Assembly (NCBI RefSeq): GCF_988242995.1
Contig: NZ_OZ547043.1
Length of the DNA: 64,000 bases
Reading direction: 5' to 3' (one strand)
Of this stretch, positions 16,219 to 30,615 are shown one piece after another (within the stretch, counting starts at the first letter, position 1; each line of letters begins with the position of its first letter). Made by a program: the position numbers and the translations under genes. The notes beneath the pieces were generated by a model. The model was not told the origin of the DNA, did not search any database, and saw only the letters and a program-made list of their open reading frames with translations.

Positions 16219-16929
16219 TTAATCTCCTGTACGGATAAGTTCTTGTCGGAGTGAATAAGTTCCGGTAGGTAAATTACGTTCTACAATCACGCGCGGGCCA
16301 AGTTGCGTGTTCGGGGAAATAATTCGCCCAGGCAAAATAATAACTTGTACGCCAAGGCGTGAACGCTGCCCGATATAACAACCTAATTTATCGCATTCGG
16401 TAGCGATAATTCCCTCTGGAGTTCGAACAGACACGGGCTGTTGATCCAGACGATGATTACTGGTACGTACTTGTGCGCCCAAATATGCCTGGTTTGCAAC
16501 TACCGAGTCGGCGATAAAGCATTGCGGACCAATCGTTGCTTCCGCTTCAATAACCGCATTTTTAATTTCGGTGGCAAAACCAATTTTTACGCCATTGCTG
16601 ATTATTGTGCCAGGACGAATAAACGCATAATTACCTATCAGGCAGTTTGCGCCAATCACTACCGGACCCTGAATAACGGCACCGTGACAAATACGGGTAT
16701 TCGCGCCGATAACAACTTCACCTGCAGTTTCATCAATAATTACCTGGTCTGCAATCTGAATATTTTTCTCTTTAACATTAAGCTTCAGAAAGTTTTTCAG
16801 TTCCTGTGACAGAAGGTTGGGAATAAGCGGTTGACGCTTCCACCAGTGCGGAATAGCGGGTGGGTTTGTCGCGCTGAGGTTCGCGTCCAGTAAAAAAGGC
16901 AATAAGTCCATAAATAATCCAGATGGCAT
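16219..16929 (-). CDS. yaiX: hexapeptide-repeat (left-handed beta-helix) acyl/acetyltransferase YaiX, intact; start uncertain
   Basis: 236-aa ORF rich in [LIV]-G-x-x-x-x hexapeptide repeats (VIGANTRI, VIGANCLIGNYAFI); first 152 nt overlap the yaiP 3' end, no internal Met, so true start is unresolved. Confidence 0.7.
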   Translation of the reverse strand: MPSGLFMDLLPFLLDANLSATNPPAIPHWWKRQPLIPNLLSQELKNFLKLNVKEKNIQIADQVIIDETAGEVVIGANTRICHGAVIQGPVVIGANCLIGNYAFIRPGTIISNGVKIGFATEIKNAVIEAEATIGPQCFIADSVVANQAYLGAQVRTSNHRLDQQPVSVRTPEGIIATECDKLGCYIGQRSRLGVQVIILPGRIISPNTQLGPRVIVERNLPTGTYSLRQELIRTGD

Positions 16930-17974
16930 AAGCTAATAATACATACACAACGGAAAGCGGCGCTAAAGGCACCAACAACCAGCAACGATGAAACCAGGCG
17001 CTAAAAGCACCAATAACACAAACTACGCCGACCCAGATAAGCGGAAACATTGCCAACACCACACCATGCGGCCCGGTGGTGATGAATTCATTAAACCAGG
17101 TAGTGAGATAAATCCCAACGCCATAAAGCACAACCAACAGCATAGGAAATATACTGAAGATACCGAAGCGGCTAAATAAAAGCCTTTTATGCAGGCGCAT
17201 ACAGACCGCGTAGCCCACAATCCAACGCCGCCAGCGACGCCATTCCTCACGCGGGCTGTTGCATTCCTGTGGGTATACGATGCAGCGATTCGCCTGCCGA
17301 ATACGATAGCCGTTTGCCACCAATGTCCAGGTGAGATCAAGGTCTTCGACTTTAGTACGATCAGAGAAACCGAACTTACGCAATACATCAGTACGGAACA
17401 TCCCGCAGGCACCGCTGATAATAAACGGTGCGCCGCCCAGGAGCTGCTGTAGCGTGCGCTTCATAACAATCATCGGCAACTTTACGGTCGCGCGGATGTG
17501 CGGTAACAGACCCGCGCCTTTCAACGCAGTAGAGGGAATGCCGCCTACGGCATCAGCACCGCGCTCTATTTCTGCAAGCATATAGCCCATTCCGTCTTGA
17601 TCGGGCGGAACATAGGTGTCGGCATCACTTAAAAAAACCTGGTCGCAGGTGGCGTAATTGAGGCCATTCATCAGCGCACCACCTTTACCGGTATTTTTTT
17701 GCGTGACGGCAACAAAGCGGTCGCCCCATTTGCGTTTGACTTCCGCCATGACCGCTTCGGTATTGTCCGTGGAGCCGTCGTTTACGCAAATTACCCGGCA
17801 AAAATAAGGATTACGCAGCAGATTATCCAGTGACTGTGCCAGACACGGGCCTTCGTTATAAGCAGGTATAATGGCGTCAATACAGCCTTTCTTTTGACTG
17901 GGTTTACGTTTTAGCGTACTTAAAAACCATAGCAACATTGCTATGGACATACAGATAAATATCCAGGTTTTCAT
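16778..17974 (-). CDS. yaiP: family-2 glycosyltransferase, membrane-associated
   Basis: 398-aa ORF; N-terminal TM, GT-A fold with DGSTD and SDADT (DxD-like) motifs, C-terminal TM helices. Confidence 0.88.
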   Translation of the reverse strand: MKTWIFICMSIAMLLWFLSTLKRKPSQKKGCIDAIIPAYNEGPCLAQSLDNLLRNPYFCRVICVNDGSTDNTEAVMAEVKRKWGDRFVAVTQKNTGKGGALMNGLNYATCDQVFLSDADTYVPPDQDGMGYMLAEIERGADAVGGIPSTALKGAGLLPHIRATVKLPMIVMKRTLQQLLGGAPFIISGACGMFRTDVLRKFGFSDRTKVEDLDLTWTLVANGYRIRQANRCIVYPQECNSPREEWRRWRRWIVGYAVCMRLHKRLLFSRFGIFSIFPMLLVVLYGVGIYLTTWFNEFITTGPHGVVLAMFPLIWVGVVCVIGAFSAWFHRCWLLVPLAPLSVVYVLLAYAIWIIYGLIAFFTGREPQRDKPTRYSALVEASTAYSQPSVTGTEKLSEA

Positions 17975-17983
17975 GCAATTTGC

Positions 17984-18655
17984 TCAAAGAATCATTTTAT
18001 GAATTACAAAGCCTTCACCCAGATCGCTATTGACCTGTTGCCCGCGAAATTGTGCAACTGCACGCAGGCGATCATGACGCATATAATCGCGTCGTTCCTG
18101 GCTTTTATGTTTTTTTAATGCAGCAAGTTTGACTGTGAAATATTCTTCTTTAACGGATTCAAAAACCTGAGGCATAAATGAAAGCCAGGTGCTTGGGGTT
18201 TCGTAGCCGAGAATTTGTGGAATAGTTCGGCAGGCAACCATTGAAGCTTGATAAACAGCAAGATGATCCTGATGGCGGTCGGCATCATGCATGGTATATA
18301 CCCGCATGATTTCAACATCAGAAGGAATTTGATTTTTAATGATGTCTTCCAGGGCGGAAATCATATCATTGAGCTGCAAATGCGCGCGGGTGTCAGCAAA
18401 ATTAAGATGAATAGTTTGGTGGCACCCTAATATCTTTAGGGCGTTGCGCGATTCTTCATGGCGATCGATTATTCCATCTGTGCCAGAGTTGCCGGTAGTC
18501 ATCACCACGGCTGCGATATAAATTCCTTTTTGCGCAAGACGAGCAAGCGACGCGCCACAGCCCAATTCTATATCATCAGGATGTGCGCCAATAGCAAGGA
18601 TACCCTTTCTTTTATTTGCCGAAGAAAGGATGGCTGAATCTAAAACCTTATCCAC
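17984..18655 (-). CDS. yaiS: LmbE/PIG-L family deacetylase
   Basis: 223-aa ORF with N-terminal AHPDDIELG motif typical of LmbE-like N-deacetylases; recorded K-12 length may be shorter. Confidence 0.8.
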   Translation of the reverse strand: MDKVLDSAILSSANKRKGILAIGAHPDDIELGCGASLARLAQKGIYIAAVVMTTGNSGTDGIIDRHEESRNALKILGCHQTIHLNFADTRAHLQLNDMISALEDIIKNQIPSDVEIMRVYTMHDADRHQDHLAVYQASMVACRTIPQILGYETPSTWLSFMPQVFESVKEEYFTVKLAALKKHKSQERRDYMRHDRLRAVAQFRGQQVNSDLGEGFVIHKMIL

Positions 18656-19263
18656 TTAATGACACTCCATTTTATTTATTATACTACAAGCACAACGATG
18701 CCCGCAGAGACGTAATCTCTGGCACAGACAGATGCTAATTTTTAAGTGTTAAAAATTACTGATAGCTGAAAAATAAGGGGCTTTCAGGTACGGGGATACG
18801 GCTGCGTAATCTTTTATGTAGTTCATATGTTAAGTGTTTGTGTGTTTGGTTTGTATAGTTATTTTGTTTTATATATTGTATTTAGATGTGATTTAGTTTG
18901 TCAATTAATTACATATTAAAAATATGTTCTAGGCACAAATATGGATTATATACATTATGTGAATGTATTATGTGGTTGATTGAGAATGATACAGTTATAT
19001 ATGCAATGTGAATATAATGATTTCATTATATGTATTGCTGTTAATAAAATAAAAGACATTATGTTCTGCTTGTTTATGCATTAATAAAAATGAAGTGCAG
19101 TAACTTACTGAATTGTCAGAGTGGGTGTAATTGCATATTTAATCTTTCCTTTGCCGCTTTTTTGCTAAGAATAAAATCATCTGTGCGATAACGACTAATT
19201 CTTTTAATGAATGTTTTTATTCCTGAATACTGCTCCTATAACAAGACAGGGGAGCAGACAATC

Positions 19264-20226
19264 ATGGCAATTTCATCGCGTAACACACTTCTTGCCGCAC
19301 TGGCATTCATCGCTTTTCAGGCACAGGCGGTGAACGTCACCGTGGCCTATCAAACCTCCGCTGAACCGGCGAAAGTGGCTCAGGCTGATAACACCTTTGC
19401 TAAAGAGAGCGGGGCGACGGTGGACTGGCGTAAGTTTGACAGCGGAGCCAGCATCGTGCGGGCGCTGGCTTCAGGCGATGTCCAAATCGGTAACCTCGGT
19501 TCCAGCCCATTAGCGGTGGCAGCCAGCCAACAGGTGCCGATTGAAGTCTTCTTACTGGCGTCAAAACTGGGTAACTCCGAAGCGCTGGTGGTAAAGAAAA
19601 CTATCAGCAAACCGGAAGATCTCATTGGCAAACGCATCGCCGTACCGTTTATCTCCACCACCCACTACAGCCTGCTGGCGGCGCTGAAACACTGGGGTAT
19701 AAAACCCGGACAAGTGGAGATAGTGAACCTGCAGCCACCCGCGATTATCGCCGCATGGCAACGGGGAGACATTGATGGTGCTTATGTCTGGGCACCGGCG
19801 GTTAACGCCCTGGAAAAAGACGGCAAGGTGCTGACCGATTCTGAACAGGTCGGGCAGTGGGGCGCGCCGACGCTGGATGTCTGGGTAGTGCGCAAAGATT
19901 TTGCCGAGAAACATCCTGAGGTCGTGAAAGCGTTCGCTAAAAGCGCCATCGATGCTCAGCAACCGTACATTGCTAACCCAGACGCGTGGCTGAAACAGCC
20001 TGAAAACATCAGCAAACTGGCGCGGTTAAGCGGCGTGCCTGAAGGTGACGTTCCGGGGCTGGTGAAGGGGAATACCTATCTGACGCCGCAGCAGCAAACG
20101 GCAGAACTGACCGGATCGGTGAACAAAGCGATCATCGACACCGCGCAGTTTTTGAAAGAGCAGGGCAAAGTCCCGGCTGTAGCGAACGATTACAGCCAGT
20201 ACGTGACCTCGCGCTTCGTGCAATAA
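19264..20226 (+). CDS. tauA: taurine ABC transporter periplasmic binding protein
   Basis: ORF 19207..20226; ATG at 19264 gives MAISSRNTLLAALAFIAFQAQA (signal peptide), 320 aa. Confidence 0.9.
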   Translation: MAISSRNTLLAALAFIAFQAQAVNVTVAYQTSAEPAKVAQADNTFAKESGATVDWRKFDSGASIVRALASGDVQIGNLGSSPLAVAASQQVPIEVFLLASKLGNSEALVVKKTISKPEDLIGKRIAVPFISTTHYSLLAALKHWGIKPGQVEIVNLQPPAIIAAWQRGDIDGAYVWAPAVNALEKDGKVLTDSEQVGQWGAPTLDVWVVRKDFAEKHPEVVKAFAKSAIDAQQPYIANPDAWLKQPENISKLARLSGVPEGDVPGLVKGNTYLTPQQQTAELTGSVNKAIIDTAQFLKEQGKVPAVANDYSQYVTSRFVQ

Positions 20227-20238
20227 AAGGAGGCGCAG

Positions 20239-21006
20239 ATGCTGCAAATCTCTCATCTTTACGCCGATTATGGCGGCAAACCGGCGTTGGAAGATATCAA
20301 CCTGACGCTGGAAAGCGGCGAGCTTCTGGTGGTTCTGGGACCGTCTGGCTGCGGCAAAACCACCTTGCTGAATCTGATTGCCGGTTTTGTGCCTTATCAG
20401 CATGGCAGCATTCAACTGGCGGGTAAGTGCATTGAGGGACCGGGCGCAGAGCGGGGCGTGGTTTTTCAGAATGAAGGGCTGTTGCCGTGGCGTAATGTGG
20501 TAGACAACGTGGCGTTCGGCCTGCAACTGGCAGGTGTAGAGAAAGTACAGCGCCTGGAAATCGCGCACCAGATGCTGAAAAAAGTGGGGCTGGAAGGCGC
20601 AGAAAAACGCTATATCTGGCAGCTTTCCGGCGGTCAACGTCAGCGGGTAGGGATTGCCCGCGCGCTGGCGGCGAATCCCCAGCTGTTATTACTCGACGAA
20701 CCGTTTGGCGCGCTGGACGCCTTCACCCGCGATCAGATGCAAACTCTACTGCTGAAACTCTGGCAGGAGACGGGCAAGCAGGTGCTGTTGATTACCCACG
20801 ATATAGAAGAAGCGGTGTTTATGGCGACTGAACTGGTTCTGCTTTCACCCGGCCCTGGCCGCGTGCTGGAGCGGCTGCCGCTCAACTTTGCTCGCCGCTT
20901 TGTTGCGGGAGAGTCGAGCCGCAGCATCAAGTCCGATCCACAATTCATCGCTATGCGCGAATATGTTTTAAGCCGCGTATTTGAGCAACGGGAGGCGTTC
21001 TCATGA
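20239..21006 (+). CDS. tauB: taurine ABC transporter ATP-binding protein
   Basis: 255-aa ORF with Walker [13 protein letters not shown] signature LSGGQRQR, Walker B LLLLDE. Confidence 0.94.
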   Translation: MLQISHLYADYGGKPALEDINLTLESGELLVVLGPSGCGKTTLLNLIAGFVPYQHGSIQLAGKCIEGPGAERGVVFQNEGLLPWRNVVDNVAFGLQLAGVEKVQRLEIAHQMLKKVGLEGAEKRYIWQLSGGQRQRVGIARALAANPQLLLLDEPFGALDAFTRDQMQTLLLKLWQETGKQVLLITHDIEEAVFMATELVLLSPGPGRVLERLPLNFARRFVAGESSRSIKSDPQFIAMREYVLSRVFEQREAFS

Positions 21007-21830
21007 GTGTGCTCATTAATGAAAAACTGCATTCGCATCGGCTGAAATGGCGCTGGCCGCTCTCGCGTCAGGTGACCTTAAGCATTGGCACGTTAGCGAT
21101 TTTACTCACTGTATGGTGGGCAGTGGCGGCGCTGCACCTGATTAGCCCGCTGTTTTTGCCGCCACCGCAACAGGTACTGGCAAAACTGCTCACCATTGCC
21201 GGGCCGCAGGGATTTATGGACGCCACCCTGTGGCAGCATCTTGCAGCCAGCCTGACGCGCATTGTGCTGGCGCTACTTGCGGCGGTGTTGATCGGCATTC
21301 CGGTCGGGATCGCCATGGGACTAAGCCCGACGGTGCGCGGCATTCTGGATCCGGTAATCGAGCTTTATCGTCCGGTGCCGCCGCTGGCGTATTTGCCGCT
21401 GATGGTGATCTGGTTTGGTATTGGTGAAACCTCGAAGATCTTACTGATCTATTTAGCGATTTTTGCACCGGTGGCGATGTCGGCGCTGGCGGGGGTGAAA
21501 AGCGCGCAGCAGGTTCGCATTCGTGCCGCCCAGTCGCTGGGTGCCAGTCGTGCGCAGGTGCTGTGGTTTGTCATTTTGCCCGGCGCGCTGCCGGAAATCC
21601 TCACCGGATTACGCATTGGTCTGGGTGTGGGCTGGTCTACGCTGGTAGCGGCGGAGCTGATTGCCGCGACGCGCGGTTTAGGATTTATGGTTCAGTCAGC
21701 GGGTGAATTTCTCGCGACTGACGTGGTGCTGGCGGGGATCGCGGTGATTGCGATTATCGCTTTTCTTTTAGAACTGGGTTTGCGCGCGTTACAGCGCCGC
21801 CTGACGCCCTGGCATGGAGAAGTACAATGA
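21003..21830 (+). CDS. tauC: taurine ABC transporter permease
   Basis: 275-aa multi-TM ORF overlapping tauB stop and tauD start (ATGA coupling). Confidence 0.93.
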   Translation: MSVLINEKLHSHRLKWRWPLSRQVTLSIGTLAILLTVWWAVAALHLISPLFLPPPQQVLAKLLTIAGPQGFMDATLWQHLAASLTRIVLALLAAVLIGIPVGIAMGLSPTVRGILDPVIELYRPVPPLAYLPLMVIWFGIGETSKILLIYLAIFAPVAMSALAGVKSAQQVRIRAAQSLGASRAQVLWFVILPGALPEILTGLRIGLGVGWSTLVAAELIAATRGLGFMVQSAGEFLATDVVLAGIAVIAIIAFLLELGLRALQRRLTPWHGEVQ

Positions 21831-22678
21831 GTGAACGTCTGAGCATTACCCCGCTGGGGCCGTATATTGGCGCACAAATTTCGGGTGCCGACCTGACGCG
21901 CCCGTTAAGCGATAATCAGTTTGAACAGCTTTACCATGCGGTGCTGCGCCATCAGGTGGTGTTTCTGCGCGATCAAGCTATTACGCCGCAGCAGCAACGC
22001 GCGCTGGCCCAGCGTTTTGGCGAACTGCATATTCACCCTGTTTACCCTCATGCCGAAGGGGTTGACGAGATCATCGTGCTGGATACTCATAACGATAATC
22101 CGCCGGATAACGACAACTGGCATACCGATGTGACATTTATTGAAACGCCACCCGCAGGGGCGATTCTGGCGGCAAAAGAGTTACCCTCGACCGGCGGCGA
22201 TACGCTCTGGAGCAGCGGTATTGCGGCCTATGAGGCGCTCTCTGTTCCCTTCCGCCAACTGCTGAGCGGGCTGCGTGCGGAGCATGATTTCCGTAAATCG
22301 TTCCCGGAATACAAATACCGCAAAACCGAGGAGGAGCATCAACGCTGGCGCGAGGCGGTCGCGAAAAACCCGCCGTTGCTACATCCGGTGGTGCGAACGC
22401 ATCCGGTGAGCGGTAAACAGGCGCTGTTTGTGAATGAAGGCTTTACTACGCGAATTGTTGATGTCAGCGAGAAAGAGAGCGAAGCCTTGTTAAGTTTTTT
22501 GTTTGCCCATATCACCAAACCGGAGTTTCAGGTGCGCTGGCGCTGGCAACCGAATGATATTGCGATTTGGGATAATCGCGTGACTCAGCACTATGCCAAT
22601 GCGGATTACCTGCCACAGCGGCGGATTATGCATCGGGCGACGATCCTTGGGGATAAACCGTTTTATCGGGCGGGGTAA
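21827..22678 (+). CDS. tauD: taurine dioxygenase (Fe(II)/2-oxoglutarate dependent)
   Basis: 283-aa [30 protein letters not shown]...; HTD iron-binding motif. Confidence 0.94.
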   Translation: MSERLSITPLGPYIGAQISGADLTRPLSDNQFEQLYHAVLRHQVVFLRDQAITPQQQRALAQRFGELHIHPVYPHAEGVDEIIVLDTHNDNPPDNDNWHTDVTFIETPPAGAILAAKELPSTGGDTLWSSGIAAYEALSVPFRQLLSGLRAEHDFRKSFPEYKYRKTEEEHQRWREAVAKNPPLLHPVVRTHPVSGKQALFVNEGFTTRIVDVSEKESEALLSFLFAHITKPEFQVRWRWQPNDIAIWDNRVTQHYANADYLPQRRIMHRATILGDKPFYRAG

Positions 22679-22685
22679 GGGGGAA

Positions 22686-22709
22686 ATGCCGGGTTGGATA
22701 ACCCGGCAT
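22686..22709. terminator. bidirectional hairpin between convergent tauD and hemB
   Basis: atgccgggtt-ggat-aacccggcat, perfect 10-bp stem with 4-nt loop. Confidence 0.6.
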
Positions 22710-22717
22710 AATGAACA

Positions 22718-23692
22718 TTAACGCAGAATCTTCTTCTCAGCCAAATCCAGTGCAAAGTAGCTGAAAATCAGATCCGCACCCGCACGCTTAATCGAACCTA
22801 AGCTTTCGAGCACGACTTTCTCTTCATCTATAGCACCCGCCAGCGCGGCGAACTTAATCATCGCGTACTCACCGCTCACCTGATACGCGCCAATCGGCAA
22901 TTCAGTACGTTCACGCAGCTCACGCACGATGTCGAGGTACGCTCCAGCAGGTTTAACCATCAGGCAGTCTGCGCCCTGGGCTTCATCCAGCAGTGACTCA
23001 CGAATCGCCTCACGACGGTTCATTGGGTTCATCTGATAGCTTTTGCGGTCGCCTTTTAATGCGCTGCCGGCAGCTTCACGGAACGGGCCATAAAAGGAGG
23101 AGGCGAACTTGGTCGAATACGACATAATCGCCGTGTCTTTAAAGCCCGCAGCGTCCAGCGCCTGGCGAATTGCCTGTACCTGGCCGTCCATCGCGGCGGA
23201 AGGGGCGATGAAGTCTGCACCTGCAGCAGCTGCAACCACGGCTTGCTTGCCTAAATTTTCCAGAGTCGCGTCGTTGTCGACGCCATGCTCGCACAGCACA
23301 CCGCAGTGACCGTGAGAAGTGTATTCACAGAAACAAGTGTCTGACATGACGATCATTTCTGGCACAGTCTGCTTGCAGATGCGCGACATACGCGCCACCA
23401 GTCCATCTTCCCGCCAGGCGTCGCTGCCGGTTTCATCGGTATGGTGAGAGATGCCGAAAGTCATCACGGAACGAATACCGGCGTTGGCGATGCGTTCAAT
23501 TTCGCGTGCCAGATGTTTCTCTGGAATGCGCATCACGCCTGGCATGGCTTCAACGGCTTTGTAGTCGTCAATTTCTTCTTCAACAAAGATCGGCAACACC
23601 AGGTCGTTAAGGCTAAGTGTTGTCTCTTCAAACATAGCGCGCAGCGCAGGAGATTTGCGCAGGCGACGAGGGCGTTGGATTAAGTCTGTCAT
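22718..23692 (-). CDS. hemB: porphobilinogen synthase (delta-aminolevulinic acid dehydratase)
   Basis: ORF 22718..23725; ATG at 23692 gives [21 protein letters not shown]..., 324 aa. Confidence 0.93.
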
Positions 23693-24215
23693 GGTCTGCC
23701 TGATGTTTGTGGAATCGAGGGGCATAGTATACCTGAAGCAGGGTAGGGATGTTTTACGAAAGTTGTCGCGATGTTGACAAGAAGAGAATGGAAGAGAGGC
23801 CAGGACATCTTTGTAATAGAAATAGCAATAATTTCATATTCACTGAAAATATTTTTAATCTTTATTTATAGTTATTGGTTATTATTTTTTGGAGTTTGGT
23901 TGCGCTGCTACAAATTGAATAATTAAAACTTTGTTGTATATTCATAGGATATTTATCTGGTTTGTGTTTGTGATATTTATGATGCATATGTTTCAAAAAT
24001 AACATTATCTGCAACATATTGAAATATGGTGTTTTTATCAATTCGATGCGTGTTTTTCTCCATAAATTACATATGTCCACATTCGGACTTAGGGGAAAGA
24101 ATAATTGAACCATTCCTCTATAACGCCGCATAATCGTCAACGCGAAACATAATATGTTTTCTATGCATTGATAATTGATGGATCAACTTATTACGTCCCT
24201 GAGGAGGGATGACAA

Positions 24216-27176
<2,961 letters not shown>

Positions 27177-27190
27177 TGAAGAAATAGGTT

Positions 27191-27873
<683 letters not shown>

Positions 27874-29031
27874 TCAGGACGCGGGGATGACCAACGGTTT
27901 ATTCCCGCTCAGTTCGGTCACCAGGTCATTGATGCCATCGCTCATATTTTTAAAGCGCGTCAATGGCGAACGAGTGACCACCACAAATGCGCCAATGTTC
28001 TTCTGCGGGATCATCGCCATATAGGTAATGAAACCGCCACCACCACCTGTCTTCTGAATAATCCCTGGACGACCCTCTTTCGGGGCCATATATACCCAGC
28101 CTAAACCAAGCGCATCCGCTTTGCCGGGGACATCCATGCCAATCACTTTTGTAAACTGCGCTCGCTGATAAATCAACGTCTGCATGCGATCAGCCTGGTT
28201 ACTGCGCTGATAAAAATCAGATGACAAATACTGCTGCATCCAGCGCATCATATCGCCAGGCGTGGAATAGACGCCGCCGCTGCCAATTGCCGCCAGCGTG
28301 TTATTGCATGGACTGGCACCGCGCTCTGCAACCATTAAACGGCGGCACTGGTCCGGCGAGGGGGTGTAGGTGGTGTCTTTCATCCCCAATGGACGGGTAA
28401 TCTGCTCTTCAAACAACTGGGTATAAGGCTTGCCGGACGCATTCGCCAGTGCATCTGCCAGCAGATCGAATGCGAGGTTGGAGTACGCGGCCTGGCTGCC
28501 CGGCGCGGCTTTTAGTTTGGCAGTGGAAAGGTATTTCCAGCGTTGCTCGCGCGTTGGCCAGACAAATACCGGACGATGTGCCGCGCCACCGGGCTGTTCA
28601 CGGGGCAGGGCGCTGGTATGGGTTGCCAGATTCACCAGCGTAATGGGCGTCCCATTGTAGGTTGGCACGCGTGCGCCTGGCGGAGCATATTTACTTAGCG
28701 GATCGTTTAACTTCACGGTCCCCTGGTCGAGCAATTTCACCAGCATCTCACTGGTCATTAGCTTGGTGAGGGAAGCAATACGTATGACCGAATCCAGCTG
28801 CGGGCGAACGTTATTACCAGGTCGCGTTTCGCCATAACTGCGAAAGACGCGCTGGTTACCGTCGATAACAACCAGCGCCATCCCCGTGGCACCGCTGCCG
28901 TAAAAAATATGATCGGCATAACGATCGACAATATCAGAGGCGAACTCCGGTTCAGTGATCGGCTGCGCCGCATGGACGGAGGTCAATGACGCCGCACACA
29001 GCACGGCAGAAAAAAGCAGACTACGTTTCAA
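27874..29031 (-). CDS. ampH: penicillin-binding protein AmpH (class C beta-lactamase-like)
   Basis: 385-aa ORF with signal peptide and SLTK (SxxK) active-site motif. Confidence 0.93.
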   Translation of the reverse strand: MKRSLLFSAVLCAASLTSVHAAQPITEPEFASDIVDRYADHIFYGSGATGMALVVIDGNQRVFRSYGETRPGNNVRPQLDSVIRIASLTKLMTSEMLVKLLDQGTVKLNDPLSKYAPPGARVPTYNGTPITLVNLATHTSALPREQPGGAAHRPVFVWPTREQRWKYLSTAKLKAAPGSQAAYSNLAFDLLADALANASGKPYTQLFEEQITRPLGMKDTTYTPSPDQCRRLMVAERGASPCNNTLAAIGSGGVYSTPGDMMRWMQQYLSSDFYQRSNQADRMQTLIYQRAQFTKVIGMDVPGKADALGLGWVYMAPKEGRPGIIQKTGGGGGFITYMAMIPQKNIGAFVVVTRSPLTRFKNMSDGINDLVTELSGNKPLVIPAS

Positions 29032-29382
29032 CGGTGGTGTCCATAGATTGAATGAAGGTAACTGAGCGTATTTATACTACTCATTGATGGATTGCAAAGG
29101 GCGAATTAGTGCAATAATAGTGTTAAAAACGTAACGGCGCGTAAACACGATCTTTTTCCTGCTCACTAATGCCTGCATTTGTGATCCTGCGCGTGTTAAT
29201 CCGCTTATGTAAACAATCTTTGGTTTGTGAAATCCGTCGAAACAATTCTTATGGTCAGGCTGGCGAACTAAGCGCCTTGCTATGGGTCACAATGGGCGGT
29301 TTCATTTGGCTGACTCTTTGTAGCGGTCATGCGGTTAATACACAGCAGTTGTTAAAACGATAAGAAGTTAGCAGGAGTGCAT

Positions 29383-30603
29383 ATGTTTAAGTCTTTTTTC
29401 CCAAAGCCGGGAACGTTTTTTCTCTCGGCCTTTGTTTGGGCATTGATTGCCGTTATCTTCTGGCAAGCAGGTGGGGGTGACTGGGTGGCGCGTATCACCG
29501 GAGCTTCCGGGCAGATCCCGATTAGCGCCGCGCGTTTCTGGTCGTTGGATTTTCTGATTTTTTACGCTTACTACATTGTTTGTGTAGGACTTTTTGCATT
29601 GTTCTGGTTTATCTACAGCCCGCATCGTTGGCAATACTGGTCAATACTCGGTACTGCACTGATCATCTTCGTCACCTGGTTTTTGGTGGAAGTCGGGGTC
29701 GCCGTCAACGCCTGGTATGCGCCGTTCTATGATCTGATTCAAACTGCGCTAAGTTCGCCGCATAAAGTCACCATCGAACAATTTTACCGCGAAGTGGGCG
29801 TCTTTCTGGGGATTGCGCTGATCGCGGTGGTGATCAGTGTGCTGAACAACTTCTTTGTCAGTCACTACGTGTTCCGCTGGCGTACAGCGATGAACGAATA
29901 TTACATGGCGAACTGGCAACAACTTCGTCATATCGAAGGTGCCGCCCAGCGTGTGCAGGAAGACACCATGCGTTTTGCTTCAACGCTGGAGAATATGGGC
30001 GTCAGTTTTATCAACGCCATCATGACGTTGATCGCCTTCCTGCCGGTGCTGGTCACGCTCTCCGCGCATGTGCCGGAGCTGCCGATTGTCGGGCACATTC
30101 CGTATGGTCTGGTGATTGCCGCTATCGTCTGGTCGCTGATGGGGACCGGATTACTGGCAGTGGTAGGGATCAAACTGCCGGGGCTGGAGTTTAAAAACCA
30201 GCGTGTAGAGGCTGCCTACCGTAAAGAGCTGGTTTATGGTGAAGACGATGCCACGCGCGCGACGCCGCCTACGGTACGCGAGCTGTTTAGCGCCGTACGG
30301 AAAAACTATTTCCGCCTCTATTTTCACTATATGTATTTCAACATCGCCCGCATTCTCTATTTGCAGGTCGATAACGTTTTCGGTTTGTTCTTGCTGTTTC
30401 CGTCAATTGTTGCCGGTACGATTACGCTCGGCCTGATGACGCAGATTACCAACGTTTTTGGTCAGGTTCGCGGAGCTTTCCAGTACCTGATTAACTCATG
30501 GACCACACTGGTTGAGTTGATGTCTATCTACAAACGTCTGCGCAGCTTTGAACATGAACTGGATGGTGACAAAATTCAGGAAGTAACCCATACCTTGAGC
30601 TAA
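29383..30603 (+). CDS. sbmA: peptide antibiotic/microcin transporter SbmA
   Basis: ORF 29377..30603; ATG at 29383 ([21 protein letters not shown]...) with aggag RBS, 406 aa, multi-TM. Confidence 0.92.
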   Translation: MFKSFFPKPGTFFLSAFVWALIAVIFWQAGGGDWVARITGASGQIPISAARFWSLDFLIFYAYYIVCVGLFALFWFIYSPHRWQYWSILGTALIIFVTWFLVEVGVAVNAWYAPFYDLIQTALSSPHKVTIEQFYREVGVFLGIALIAVVISVLNNFFVSHYVFRWRTAMNEYYMANWQQLRHIEGAAQRVQEDTMRFASTLENMGVSFINAIMTLIAFLPVLVTLSAHVPELPIVGHIPYGLVIAAIVWSLMGTGLLAVVGIKLPGLEFKNQRVEAAYRKELVYGEDDATRATPPTVRELFSAVRKNYFRLYFHYMYFNIARILYLQVDNVFGLFLLFPSIVAGTITLGLMTQITNVFGQVRGAFQYLINSWTTLVELMSIYKRLRSFEHELDGDKIQEVTHTLS

Positions 30604-30615
30604 AAAGGAGAAGTA

